A stretch of 64,000 nucleotides of DNA, taken from the NCBI GenBank assembly GCA_963704165.1, contig CAVPHD010000011.1, positions 1-64,000 on the forward strand, written 5' to 3'. This document shows positions 34,660-43,566 of the stretch, piece by piece. The DNA comes from an uncultured delta proteobacterium (GTDB lineage Bacteria; Myxococcota_A; UBA9160; SZUA-336). How positions within the stretch are numbered: the first letter of the stretch is position 1; the number at the start of each line of letters is the position of its first letter. The notes under the pieces are model-generated. The model was given only the letters and a program-made list of their open reading frames with translations. It was not told the DNA's origin and ran no database searches. Both the position numbers and the translations under genes were made by a program.

Positions 34660-35451
34660 ATGAGTGCTCCGGCAGAGTCGCTCCCCCGCGCCGGGTCCGC
34701 CCGCCGCGCCGGGATTCGCGAAGTCAGTCTGCCCGACGCGGCCACCCAGAACGGGAAGGAAGCCGGCTACTGCCTGGTCGAGGACGGCGGCGCGCTTCGG
34801 CAGGTTCGCCTGCGCGGCGACGCACGACTCTGGGAATGGCCGGGCGTGTACGAGCACCTGGTTCGAACGCTTCTCCGCGGAAATGCACCCGGCGCGCTCA
34901 GCCACATGCTCGATCGACAGCTGCGCTCGAGCGGCACGAATGCCGCCGACCTGCGCGTGATCGATCTGGGCGCGGGAAACGGTTGGATGGGAGAGGAGCT
35001 CGGCTCCATCGGCATCCCGCTGGTCATTGGTGTCGATTCATCGAGCGCCGCCGCCATCGCTGCGGAGCGAGATCATCCCGACGTGTACCAGAGCTACCTG
35101 ATGCTCGACATGCGCCGCCTGTCAGAAGCGCAGCGCGACGATCTGATGAACTACGACTTCAACTGCCTCGTGTGCGTCGATGCCCTCGCCGCCGACGAGC
35201 CCGCACCGAATGCGTTCGCCGAGGCATTCAACCTGCTCGCACCGGACGGCTGGGTGGCCTTTCACCTGAACGCCGAGACCGCCGAGGGCGGCCGTGATTC
35301 GCGATTCGCGCGCATCGTCCACCGCATGATCCAGAGCGGATCGATGAACGTCGCCACCCAGCAGCGCTACCGCCACCGCTTCACGACCTACGGCGCACCC
35401 CTCTTTCACGTCGGCGTCGTCGCCCGCAAGGTGAGGGACTTCGAGCCGTAG
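34660..35451 (+). CDS. Class I SAM-dependent methyltransferase
   Basis: VIDLGAGNG motif I, GVD, LLAPDGWVAF; AGGAGAGG RBS. Confidence 0.8.
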   Translation: MSAPAESLPRAGSARRAGIREVSLPDAATQNGKEAGYCLVEDGGALRQVRLRGDARLWEWPGVYEHLVRTLLRGNAPGALSHMLDRQLRSSGTNAADLRVIDLGAGNGWMGEELGSIGIPLVIGVDSSSAAAIAAERDHPDVYQSYLMLDMRRLSEAQRDDLMNYDFNCLVCVDALAADEPAPNAFAEAFNLLAPDGWVAFHLNAETAEGGRDSRFARIVHRMIQSGSMNVATQQRYRHRFTTYGAPLFHVGVVARKVRDFEP

Positions 35452-35479
35452 GCGGAACCCCGGCCGCGCGAAGCACGGC

Positions 35480-37114
35480 TCAGAGCGGGAGCGATTGGTA
35501 CAGGCCCGTGCGCTCGAAGCCGTGGCGCTGATAGTACGGGCGCGTGCCGACCGCGGAGATGACGGCGAGCCGCCTGAAGCCTGCGCTGCGGGCGCGCGCC
35601 GCGGCGCGCGCGATCAGCAGCCCGCCGAGACCTCTGTGCTGGGCATGACGCGGAGCGCGAGCCCCGAGCGGTGCGAGAGCGCCGTAGACGTGAAGCTCCC
35701 GAAGGAGCGCCGAATCGCGAAGCTCGTCGAGCCAGGCCGGTTCGGCGGGCAGCCAGAGACGCGCGAATCCGAGGAGCCGATCCGCTCCGCCCTCGAACTC
35801 GAGGAAGATCTCGCGACCGCGGGCAGCGGCGTATTCCGTCTCGCGCGGACGCGGCTCTCCCGCCGACTCGGCCTCGGCTCGCACCTCGCGGGCTCGGATG
35901 TCAGAGGACGACCGACCCGTCGCCCGCAGCCGCGACTCGGCGAGCTCGCGCAGGTTCGCGGTGGTGCTGCCGGCGAGGATGTCCTGCGACGAGATGTCGC
36001 GCACGATTCGCGAGAGTCGGCACCAGCGCGGAGTCTGCGCCATGCAGTCCGCGAGCAGCGACACGAGCTCCTCGTCCGAATACGGACGCCACTCGCCGGA
36101 GCGCCAGTGCGCGACCAGATCGGTGCCTTCGATCAGAAAACACGGGTAGATCTTGAGTTCGTCCGGTCGCAGCGCCGGATCGTCGAAGAGGCGCGCGAAG
36201 TCCACGCGATCGTCGACGGGCGACGAGCCGAGCAGGTTCGGCATCCAGTGCGCGTGGAGCTTGAAGCCGGCGGAGCGCAGCAGCTCCATCGCGTCGCGCG
36301 CCTCTCGCACGCCATGACCGCGGTCGTTTCGACGCAGAACCTCGTCCGAGAGGCTCTGGATTCCGAGCTGGATCTTCGTCGCCCCGAATCTGCGCAGCTC
36401 GACCACTTCGCGGCGCGAGATCTGATCGGGCCGCGTCTCGAGCGAGAGCCCGACACAGCGAAGCTCCGCGCGTTCGTTCGCGTCCTGCACGGCTTCGAGA
36501 TCGGGCCAGGTGGCACGCTCTCCGGCGTCGGGCTCGAACGGCACCTCGCCGAATCGATTCAGCGCTTCGAGGCAACGCTTCACGAACCAGATCCGGTACG
36601 GAAGCGGGTACGCCGACCAGGTGCCCCCGAGTACGATCAGCTCCACCTTGTCGACGGCGTGGCCGATCGCGCGGTAGTCGCGCAGTCGCCCGGTCGTCTG
36701 CGCGAACGGATCGAATGCGTACCGCGCGGCGCGCTGGCAGCCCGGCTCGGCGGAGAGGTAGCTCTTGGGCATGCGAACGTCGGTCGGACAGAAGATGCAG
36801 CGCCCCGGGCACGGGTGCGGCTTGGTGAAGACGGTGACCGGAGCGACACCGGAAAGCGTACGGATCCGCCGGCGTCGCAGACGCAACGCGAGCTCGGCCC
36901 CGCGATCGCCGAGCGCGAGCTGCTCCGAGAATGCCGCCAGGCCCGCGAGCAGCTGCGAGCGCGAGAACAGCCCCCGACCCGCGCGCGGATGCCGGCGCAG
37001 CAGGGCGTCGAGCTCGTGCTCGTCGCAGCTCGGTGCCTCGGCGAGCTCGCGGAGGACCGAAACGAGCGCGGCTTCATGACTGCGCGGGTCGAAGTCCGTC
37101 CGGCTCGAGTGCAC
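35480..37114 (-). CDS. elp3: Elp3 radical SAM/GNAT tRNA U34 carboxymethyltransferase
   Basis: RTLSGVAPV, CPGRCIFCP, PKSY...EPG, GGTW, ETRPD, HWMPNL, KIYP, RELHVYG, QHRGLG, VISAVGTRPYY..HGF; GGAG RBS before GTG 37114. Confidence 0.93.
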   Translation of the reverse strand: MHSSRTDFDPRSHEAALVSVLRELAEAPSCDEHELDALLRRHPRAGRGLFSRSQLLAGLAAFSEQLALGDRGAELALRLRRRRIRTLSGVAPVTVFTKPHPCPGRCIFCPTDVRMPKSYLSAEPGCQRAARYAFDPFAQTTGRLRDYRAIGHAVDKVELIVLGGTWSAYPLPYRIWFVKRCLEALNRFGEVPFEPDAGERATWPDLEAVQDANERAELRCVGLSLETRPDQISRREVVELRRFGATKIQLGIQSLSDEVLRRNDRGHGVREARDAMELLRSAGFKLHAHWMPNLLGSSPVDDRVDFARLFDDPALRPDELKIYPCFLIEGTDLVAHWRSGEWRPYSDEELVSLLADCMAQTPRWCRLSRIVRDISSQDILAGSTTANLRELAESRLRATGRSSSDIRAREVRAEAESAGEPRPRETEYAAARGREIFLEFEGGADRLLGFARLWLPAEPAWLDELRDSALLRELHVYGALAPLGARAPRHAQHRGLGGLLIARAAARARSAGFRRLAVISAVGTRPYYQRHGFERTGLYQSLPL

Positions 37115-37134
37115 CGTTTCTCCCGTGTGATCCC

Positions 37135-37867
37135 GTGAACGAACCCACCGCGCGCGCGCTGAATGCCCTGAACCAGCGCTTCTACACCGACTCCGCCGAG
37201 GCGTTCGCGGAAACGAGGCGCGCGCCATGGCCTGGCTGGCAGGAGCTTCTGCCGTTTCTCCGTCGCTTTCCCCGAGTCTCGGTCCTCGATGTCGGCTGCG
37301 GGAACGGCCGCCTCGCGAGCTATCTCCGCACCGCGCTCGGTGCTCCCTTTCTGTACTGCGGGATCGACTCCAGCGCACCCCTCCTGGCGATCGCGCGAGA
37401 CCGAGCTCGCGGGCCTTTCCGACATCCGCCTGCTCCGCGCGGATCTGGTCCTCGAGCCAGCGGACCGCGCGCTGCCGGACGAGACGTTCGCGTTCGTGGG
37501 CGTGTTCGGGCTCCTGCACCACGTTCCCGGCGAATCGCGTCGCCGCGATCTCCTGCGCGCGCTGACCCAGCGGGTTGCGCCGGGCGGGTTTCTCGCACTC
37601 GCGTTCTGGGACTTCGCACGCGAGCCACGCTTCGAGCGAAAAATCCTGGCGAGCCCTCCCGCCGAGATCCGCGACGATCTCGAGCCCGGGGACGTCCTCC
37701 TACGCTGGGGTGCCGAGGGCTCGTCCGAGCTCCGGTACTGCCACCACACCGACGAGGCCGAGGAGCTGCGCCTGCTCGCCGATCTGCCGCTGGTGTCACG
37801 GCTCGCCTTCTCGAGCGACGGAGCCCATGGTCGCTCGAACCGCTACCGGGTTCTCGAGCGGCTTTGA
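37135..37867 (+). CDS. Trm9/ALKBH8-like class I methyltransferase, frameshift near 37400
   Basis: FY..SAEAFAETRRAPWP, VLDVGCGNGR, GID, LLHHVP....R, PGG.LALAFW, DVLLRW, RYCH; the motif order matches Trm9 as I recall it. Confidence 0.75.
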
Positions 37868-37892
37868 CTCGGAATCGCGGCTGACAAACAAT
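37864..37892 (+). promoter_or_regulatory. Putative sigma70 promoter of the TetR gene (leaderless geometry)
   Basis: TTGACT, 17 nt, AACAAT, 6 nt, ATG 37899; no SD. Confidence 0.6.
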
Positions 37893-37898
37893 CGCGCC

Positions 37899-38552
37899 AT
37901 GAATCCCCCGTTCTCCGCCGTGGATCTCGAGCCGCCTTCCCGGCGCGAGTTGCGCAAGGCCCGAACCCATCGCCAGCTGCTCGATGCGGCTCGCCGCCTG
38001 TTCGTGAAGCTCGGCTACGACGCCACCCGCCCCCAGGACATCGCGCGCGCGGCGGGCGTCGCGACGGGGACGTTCTACCTGCATTTCGAGGACAAGCGCG
38101 ACGCATTCCTCGCCTTCACCGACGAAGCCGCGCACGAGCTCATGGAGCGGGTGCGCGCGCGGACGTCCGCGGTGCAGAGCTTCGCGGAGCGGCTGCTGCT
38201 CTCCCTCGAGGTCATCACCGAGTACTCCGAGCGCCACCCGGGCGTGCTCGCAGCCGCCTTCGCGGAGGCGAGCGTGATCGCCGCGGGAGCTCCGGAATCG
38301 GCGAGCCTTCGCGACCGGCTCGCGCAGTCGCTCGCTCAGGCGCTCCGCGAGGGGATGTCGCGCGGGGAGCTGCGGAGCGACTACGACCCGACGCTGATCG
38401 CACACGCGATCGTCGGACTGGCTCAGCAAGGCCTTCGCTTCGGAACACAGGGACGTGTCGAGCGCCGTATGCTGCTCGAGACCCTGGTCCGCTTCTGCGC
38501 GCGCGCGCTGGTGACGGAGAACGACGTCGAACACGAGGAGGTCACGAGATGA
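37899..38552 (+). CDS. TetR/AcrR family transcriptional regulator
   Basis: LLDAARRLF...GY, HTH DIARAAGVATGTFYLHF.DK. Confidence 0.93.
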   Translation: MNPPFSAVDLEPPSRRELRKARTHRQLLDAARRLFVKLGYDATRPQDIARAAGVATGTFYLHFEDKRDAFLAFTDEAAHELMERVRARTSAVQSFAERLLLSLEVITEYSERHPGVLAAAFAEASVIAAGAPESASLRDRLAQSLAQALREGMSRGELRSDYDPTLIAHAIVGLAQQGLRFGTQGRVERRMLLETLVRFCARALVTENDVEHEEVTR

Positions 38553-39574
38553 CCAGGCTTCGCTACAGCGCCGAAGAGCTGCTCCGATCCCACGACTTCG
38601 CGCGCCCGCAGATCGAGGCCGGACATCGCCTGCACGGCGGGTTCGACGCCGAGGGCCGCTACGTGCCGCCGCGGACGCTCTTCCGGGGACCCGCCCTCGA
38701 CGCCTGGACGCGGCGGCTTCGCGAGCGCGGCGGAGACCTGCTCGCGGCGGACGCGTCGCTCCTCTCCGGTGCGCGCTACCCGTCCGACGCCCAGCAGAAG
38801 CTCCTGATCCGCGAGGGTCTCGGGCAGACCTTCTGGAACTCGCTGACCATCATCGGAACGATCGAGGCGCGCGGGCGCGCGCTCGCCGACCTGCCCTTCC
38901 CCGACTTCCGCGACCTGGTGCGACAGGACGTGTCCGACCTCGCGATCGGGCACCTGAACCAGGGACTGCTGCGCGCGCACGGGCTCGACGAAGGCGGCGA
39001 GCCGGAGGCGGGCATCGGCGGCCACGACGTGATGTGGTTTGCGCTCCGCGATCTCGCGTTCGGCAAGATGGACTTCCCGATGCCGCTCGTACCCGAGAAC
39101 ATCGCGCGACCCGATTCGAACGCGGCGCTCTTTCCCGAGCTTCCGATCGAGTTCGAGCGATTCGTGCACTTCCTCGGAAATCTGCTGATGATCGAGTTCC
39201 GCGCCGAGCGCGGGTTCACCTCGACCGAGAACCTGCTTCGCGATCCAGACCTCTTCACGAGGCGGCGCGCCGAGGCCGAGCACGCCGCCGAGATCGTGAA
39301 CCGGATCCGCATCGACGAGGCCGTGCACGTGCATTCGCTGCGCCTGTATCTCGGCGAGCTGCGCACGCTCGACTTCAAGACGGTGAAGGGAGGCTCGATC
39401 CCGGGCCGCGACGTCGTGGACACGTTCTGGGAGGGGATCGTGAAGTGGGCGACGATCGAGCAACCTCCGCTCGCCGCCTCCCAGCAGAAGAAGCTGCTGC
39501 TCGAGCGGATCGCAGCCCATCCCGAAAGCGCGCGCGTCACGCGAGAGTTCCTCGCGCTCGAGGACCGCGACTGA
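38549..39574 (+). CDS. Uncharacterised protein, probable ferritin-like diiron fold
   Basis: Helical sequence with spaced candidate ligands IEARG, DE...GH, IEFRAE and DEAVH; ATGA-coupled to TetR. Confidence 0.6.
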   Translation: MTRLRYSAEELLRSHDFARPQIEAGHRLHGGFDAEGRYVPPRTLFRGPALDAWTRRLRERGGDLLAADASLLSGARYPSDAQQKLLIREGLGQTFWNSLTIIGTIEARGRALADLPFPDFRDLVRQDVSDLAIGHLNQGLLRAHGLDEGGEPEAGIGGHDVMWFALRDLAFGKMDFPMPLVPENIARPDSNAALFPELPIEFERFVHFLGNLLMIEFRAERGFTSTENLLRDPDLFTRRRAEAEHAAEIVNRIRIDEAVHVHSLRLYLGELRTLDFKTVKGGSIPGRDVVDTFWEGIVKWATIEQPPLAASQQKKLLLERIAAHPESARVTREFLALEDRD

Positions 39575-39598
39575 CGGCGGAGAGCGCGACGACCTCGC

Positions 39599-40231
39599 TC
39601 ACCCCAACGGAAAGCCGAGCGCCGACTCGAGTTCGGCGAGCGCCTGTTCCGCCGAATCGACCTTGATCGTGTGCATGCCGAGCGCGCGCGCGGCTTTCAG
39701 GTTCGTGCCGATGTCGTCGAGAAACACCGACGCACCCGGCGAGACACCGAGCTCGCGGCAGACGTGCTGGTAGATGCGCGGATCGGGTTTGCGAAGCCCG
39801 ACGATCGCGGACTCGACGAAGGCGTCGAAGAGCCCGCGCAGATCCTGACCCATCCGGTTCTCGCTCGGCTCGTCGGCGACCCAGTTGTTCGTGAGCGCGC
39901 CCACCCGCAGTCCGCGCGCGCGTATCGCTCGGATCGCCGCGATCATGCGCGGCCGCGGCGCACTCGCGCCTCGGATCGCCTCCATCATCCGCGCGGCCGA
40001 GATCGTCTGCCCCGCGTCGGCGCAATCGCGCTCGAAGGCCGGGATCCACGCCTCGACGCGGAGCTCGCCGCGTTCGAGCCGCGACCACGCTCCGCCCGGA
40101 CCCGTCGACACGACGACGCGGTTCACGAATCCCGCCGGGATACCCGCCTCTCGCTCGTAGCGCGCGATCGCATGGAGCGGAGAGTCGAGCACGACGCCAC
40201 CGAGATCGAAGATCACTGCTTCGTGAGACAT
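39599..40231 (-). CDS. HAD family phosphatase
   Basis: FDLGGV, LTNN, RKPDPRIY, FLDD..NL.AA..LGM. Confidence 0.9.
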   Translation of the reverse strand: MSHEAVIFDLGGVVLDSPLHAIARYEREAGIPAGFVNRVVVSTGPGGAWSRLERGELRVEAWIPAFERDCADAGQTISAARMMEAIRGASAPRPRMIAAIRAIRARGLRVGALTNNWVADEPSENRMGQDLRGLFDAFVESAIVGLRKPDPRIYQHVCRELGVSPGASVFLDDIGTNLKAARALGMHTIKVDSAEQALAELESALGFPLG

Positions 40232-40296
40232 GGGCGGCGATCATAGCTCGCGACGCTGGCGGGCACGGACCGGAGCGGCTACGCATTTTCCGGGGG

Positions 40297-40815
40297 ATGA
40301 GAGTGCGAGAGCACCGGATCCGAACCTGCGCGTGCGCGCTTTCGCTGTCGGCGCTGATGCTGGCGGGAGTGGCGGCGGCGGAGGATCGTGCGAGAGAGCG
40401 TACGTTCGCCGAGCACGTCTGGACGGTGGCGGCGTATCTGCCGAACCGGCTCTTCGACCTTTGCGACATCGCGCGGATCCACGTTCGCGTCGGCGACGGC
40501 TTCGCCGCCGGCGCACGGGTCACCCGCTACCTGCCGGTCTTCGTGGGCGACTACCAGGCGATCTGGTTCGGCCTGCCGGGACCGCGTGGCCGCGCACGCC
40601 TGCCGATTCCCGCGGGCGCCGAGGGCCAGAAGGGTCTCGAAGCCGGCACGGTGAGTCTCGGCAGCACCTCGAAGGCGCCGGCGTACGGCGTCGGTGAGAT
40701 CGGCGCGGGCGCGATGATCTATCTCATCGGATTCGAGGTCGGCGTCGATCCGTACGAGCTCGTCGATTTCCTCGCCGGCTTCGCGACGGTGGACATCGCG
40801 AGCGACGACTTCTGA
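40297..40815 (+). CDS. Hypothetical exported protein
   Basis: Signal-like N-terminus and typical codon usage; lies just upstream of the AKR gene. Confidence 0.6.
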   Translation: MRVREHRIRTCACALSLSALMLAGVAAAEDRARERTFAEHVWTVAAYLPNRLFDLCDIARIHVRVGDGFAAGARVTRYLPVFVGDYQAIWFGLPGPRGRARLPIPAGAEGQKGLEAGTVSLGSTSKAPAYGVGEIGAGAMIYLIGFEVGVDPYELVDFLAGFATVDIASDDF

Positions 40816-40831
40816 TGTCCGGCGGTCGGCC

Positions 40832-41779
40832 ATGAAGTACCGGCGGCTCGGATCGAGCGGTCTCGTCGTCTCGGAGCTCGCGCTCGGCTCCTGGCTCACG
40901 CTCGGCGGCAGCGTCGGCGCGGCCGCGAGCGAAGAGATCGCGCGCCACGCGTTCGACCTCGGCGTGAACCTCTTCGACTCCGCGGACGCCTACTCGAACG
41001 GCGAAGCCGAGCGCGTCCTCGGTCGCGCGCTCGCGGGCCTGCCGCGCGCGCGTCTCGTGATCGCGACGAAGTGCTTCTTCCCGATGTCGGACGATCCCAA
41101 CGATCGAGGCCTCTCGCGGAAGCACTTGTTCGAGAGCGTCGAGGCGTCCCTCCGCCGACTCGGTACCGACTACCTCGACCTGCACCAGTGTCACCGCGCC
41201 GATCCCGAGACCCCGCTCGAGGAGACCGTCCGCGCCTACGAGGATCTGATCCGTCAGGGCAAGGTTCTGTACTGGGGCGTCTCGGGGTGGAGTGCGGATC
41301 TCGTCGCGCACGCGTGCCGGATCTCGGACGCGACCGGCGGGTATCGGCCGATCTCGAACCAGCCGCAGTACTCGCTTCTGCACCGCGAGATCGAGCGCGA
41401 CCTGCTCGGCGCACACGCGCGCCTCGGTCTCGGTCAGATCGTGTGGAGTCCGCTCGCGCAAGGCGTTCTGTCGGGGAAGTACGCTGGCAAGGCGCGCCCC
41501 GAAGGATCGGGGATCACGGTTCCGGCGCGCGCGCGGTTTCTCGAAAAGCTGCTCTCGGACGCGAATCTCGCGCGCGTCGAGCGCATGCGCCCGCTCGCGG
41601 AAGAGCTCGGCATCACGCCCGCCCAGCTCTCGCTCGCCTGGTGTCTGCGGCAGGCCGAGGTCGCGAGCGTGATCGTCGGCGCGACGCGACCCGAGCAGCT
41701 CGACGAGAACGCCGAGGCCTCGGGGCTCACGCTTCCCGCGCCGACGCTCCGCAAGCTCGAGCGGATCTTCGCGCGCTGA
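40832..41779 (+). CDS. Aldo/keto reductase
   Basis: RRLGSSGL.VSELALG, FDSADAY, IATK, GLSRKH, SLRRLGTDYLDL, NQPQYS, WSPLAQG. Confidence 0.93.
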   Translation: MKYRRLGSSGLVVSELALGSWLTLGGSVGAAASEEIARHAFDLGVNLFDSADAYSNGEAERVLGRALAGLPRARLVIATKCFFPMSDDPNDRGLSRKHLFESVEASLRRLGTDYLDLHQCHRADPETPLEETVRAYEDLIRQGKVLYWGVSGWSADLVAHACRISDATGGYRPISNQPQYSLLHREIERDLLGAHARLGLGQIVWSPLAQGVLSGKYAGKARPEGSGITVPARARFLEKLLSDANLARVERMRPLAEELGITPAQLSLAWCLRQAEVASVIVGATRPEQLDENAEASGLTLPAPTLRKLERIFAR

Positions 41780-42665
41780 TCAGAAGCTGCCGCGAATCCG
41801 CAGCGCTTGGAAGAGATCCTCGCCCGCACCCGAAAGCGTGACGCGGTACGCGCGAGCGGAGCTCACCACCCACCACTGCGCGCTCGCCGACTCCGCGAAG
41901 ACGCGCGTAGCGCTCCAGGTCCGAGTCGGAGATCCAACGGAAGGCGTAGAGGTTCCAGCGCAGAACCTGCTCCGCTGCGATCGGATACAGAGCCGGCTCT
42001 TCGCCCGCGTAGCGCACGCGAAGCTCGCGAAACGGCTCGGCCGTGGATGCGGGAATTCCCTCGACGATCGCGGCGAGGCCCGAGTCCAACATCGCGCGGT
42101 TCAACCAGACGGCGGTCTGCGAGGTGAGCAACGCGCGATCGATGCGGCGCAGCAGCTCGACGCGTTCGCTCGGCACGCTGGCGAGGTCGAGGTGCTCGCT
42201 CCAGTTCTGGAACTTCGCGAGCCGACGGACGTCGTGTCGGTTCGAATGCGCGCGCAGGATTCGCTGCCCGAGCCAGGACTCGTGGAACGCGAAGACCTCG
42301 CGCGCGGCCTCGGCGTCCCAGACGGACGAGATCGCGGTGGACATCCGGTCGAAGAGCCGCTGTGGGCCGTAGGCGCGCCGGATCGCCGCGCGCAGGACGA
42401 CCTCTTGCGAGGGATCGACGCTCGCGCCGAGCGACTCGATCGCGGCGTGCAGCGCCGTGCCCCAGCTCGCGAGCTCGAACTCGCTTTGCTGCGCGCGAAG
42501 CAGCGCCCGAGCGCCGAGACCCGGCTTCGCGACGGCCTCGGGAATGTCCTTGGGAAGCTCGACCGCGGGACCGTACAGCCACGTGCAGCCGGTCAGTCCG
42601 AGCGTGAGCACGACGCACGTGCACAGCCGCGCCACCGCACTTCGCCGCGCGAGACGAGTCTCCAT
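41780..42665 (-). CDS. Hypothetical lipoprotein, frameshift near 41900
   Basis: Lipobox LTGC and a helical sequence; the alternative frame ends at TGA 41780. Confidence 0.55.
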
Positions 42666-42753
42666 CGAGCCTGTATTCGGCGCGTGCGCGCGGCGGCTAT
42701 ACCCCGAACCGAGTCCGGGATGCGATCATGTCCCGAACGCGCGGAGGTGATCG

Positions 42754-43566
42754 ATGGAGCCCCAGGACGTCCGCTACGAGATCGAGGGTCCGATCGCGCT
42801 GATCACGCTCGATCGCCCTCGCTATCGCAACGCCCAGAGCTGGCGGATGCTCGATCAGCTCGACTCCGCGCTCGACCGCGCCTGCGACGACAAGTCGGTG
42901 AAGGTCGCGATCGTGCGCGGCGCGGGCGAGCACTTCTCCGCCGGACACGACCTCGGGACGCCGGAGCAGATCGCGGATCGGAAACAGCGCGGCATTCCCG
43001 ACACCGGTCTGCTCGACTACGAGACGTTTCGAAAGTACAACCTCGACTACACGCTGAAGTGGCGAAACTTGCCCAAGCCCACCGTCGCGATGGTGCGCGG
43101 GTACTGCATCTACGGCGGCTGGATGATCGCGGCGGCGATGGACGTCGTCTTCGCCTCGCCCGAGACACGCTTTCTCGCCGGACAGGTCGAGTACTTCTCG
43201 ATTCCCTGGGACGTCGGCGCGCGCAAGGCGAAGGAGCTTCTCTTCGAGTCCCGCTTCATCACGGCGGACGAGGCACGCGAGCTCGGTCTCGTCAATCGCG
43301 TGATCGCCGCCGACGCGCTCGAAGCCGAGACGATCGCCTGGGCGAAGCGGGTCGCCGAGAACCCGCACGGCGTCCTGCGCATGGCCAAGCTCGCGATCAA
43401 CAAGGTTCAGGACCTGCAGGGCTTCAGCACGTCCATGGAGGGGGCCTTCGCCGACTTCCTGGTGCTCGCCCAGATGGGCGGACACCCGCGGAAGCCCGCG
43501 AAGGACCGGCGACTCGGTGGTGTCGATCTGGCGTTGCGCGGCGCGCGCGGTGAGCGGGAGCGCTAG
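42754..43566 (+). CDS. Enoyl-CoA hydratase/isomerase (crotonase family)
   Basis: ITLDRP..RNA, FSAGHDL, PKPTVAMVRGYC..GG. Confidence 0.92.
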   Translation: MEPQDVRYEIEGPIALITLDRPRYRNAQSWRMLDQLDSALDRACDDKSVKVAIVRGAGEHFSAGHDLGTPEQIADRKQRGIPDTGLLDYETFRKYNLDYTLKWRNLPKPTVAMVRGYCIYGGWMIAAAMDVVFASPETRFLAGQVEYFSIPWDVGARKAKELLFESRFITADEARELGLVNRVIAADALEAETIAWAKRVAENPHGVLRMAKLAINKVQDLQGFSTSMEGAFADFLVLAQMGGHPRKPAKDRRLGGVDLALRGARGERER

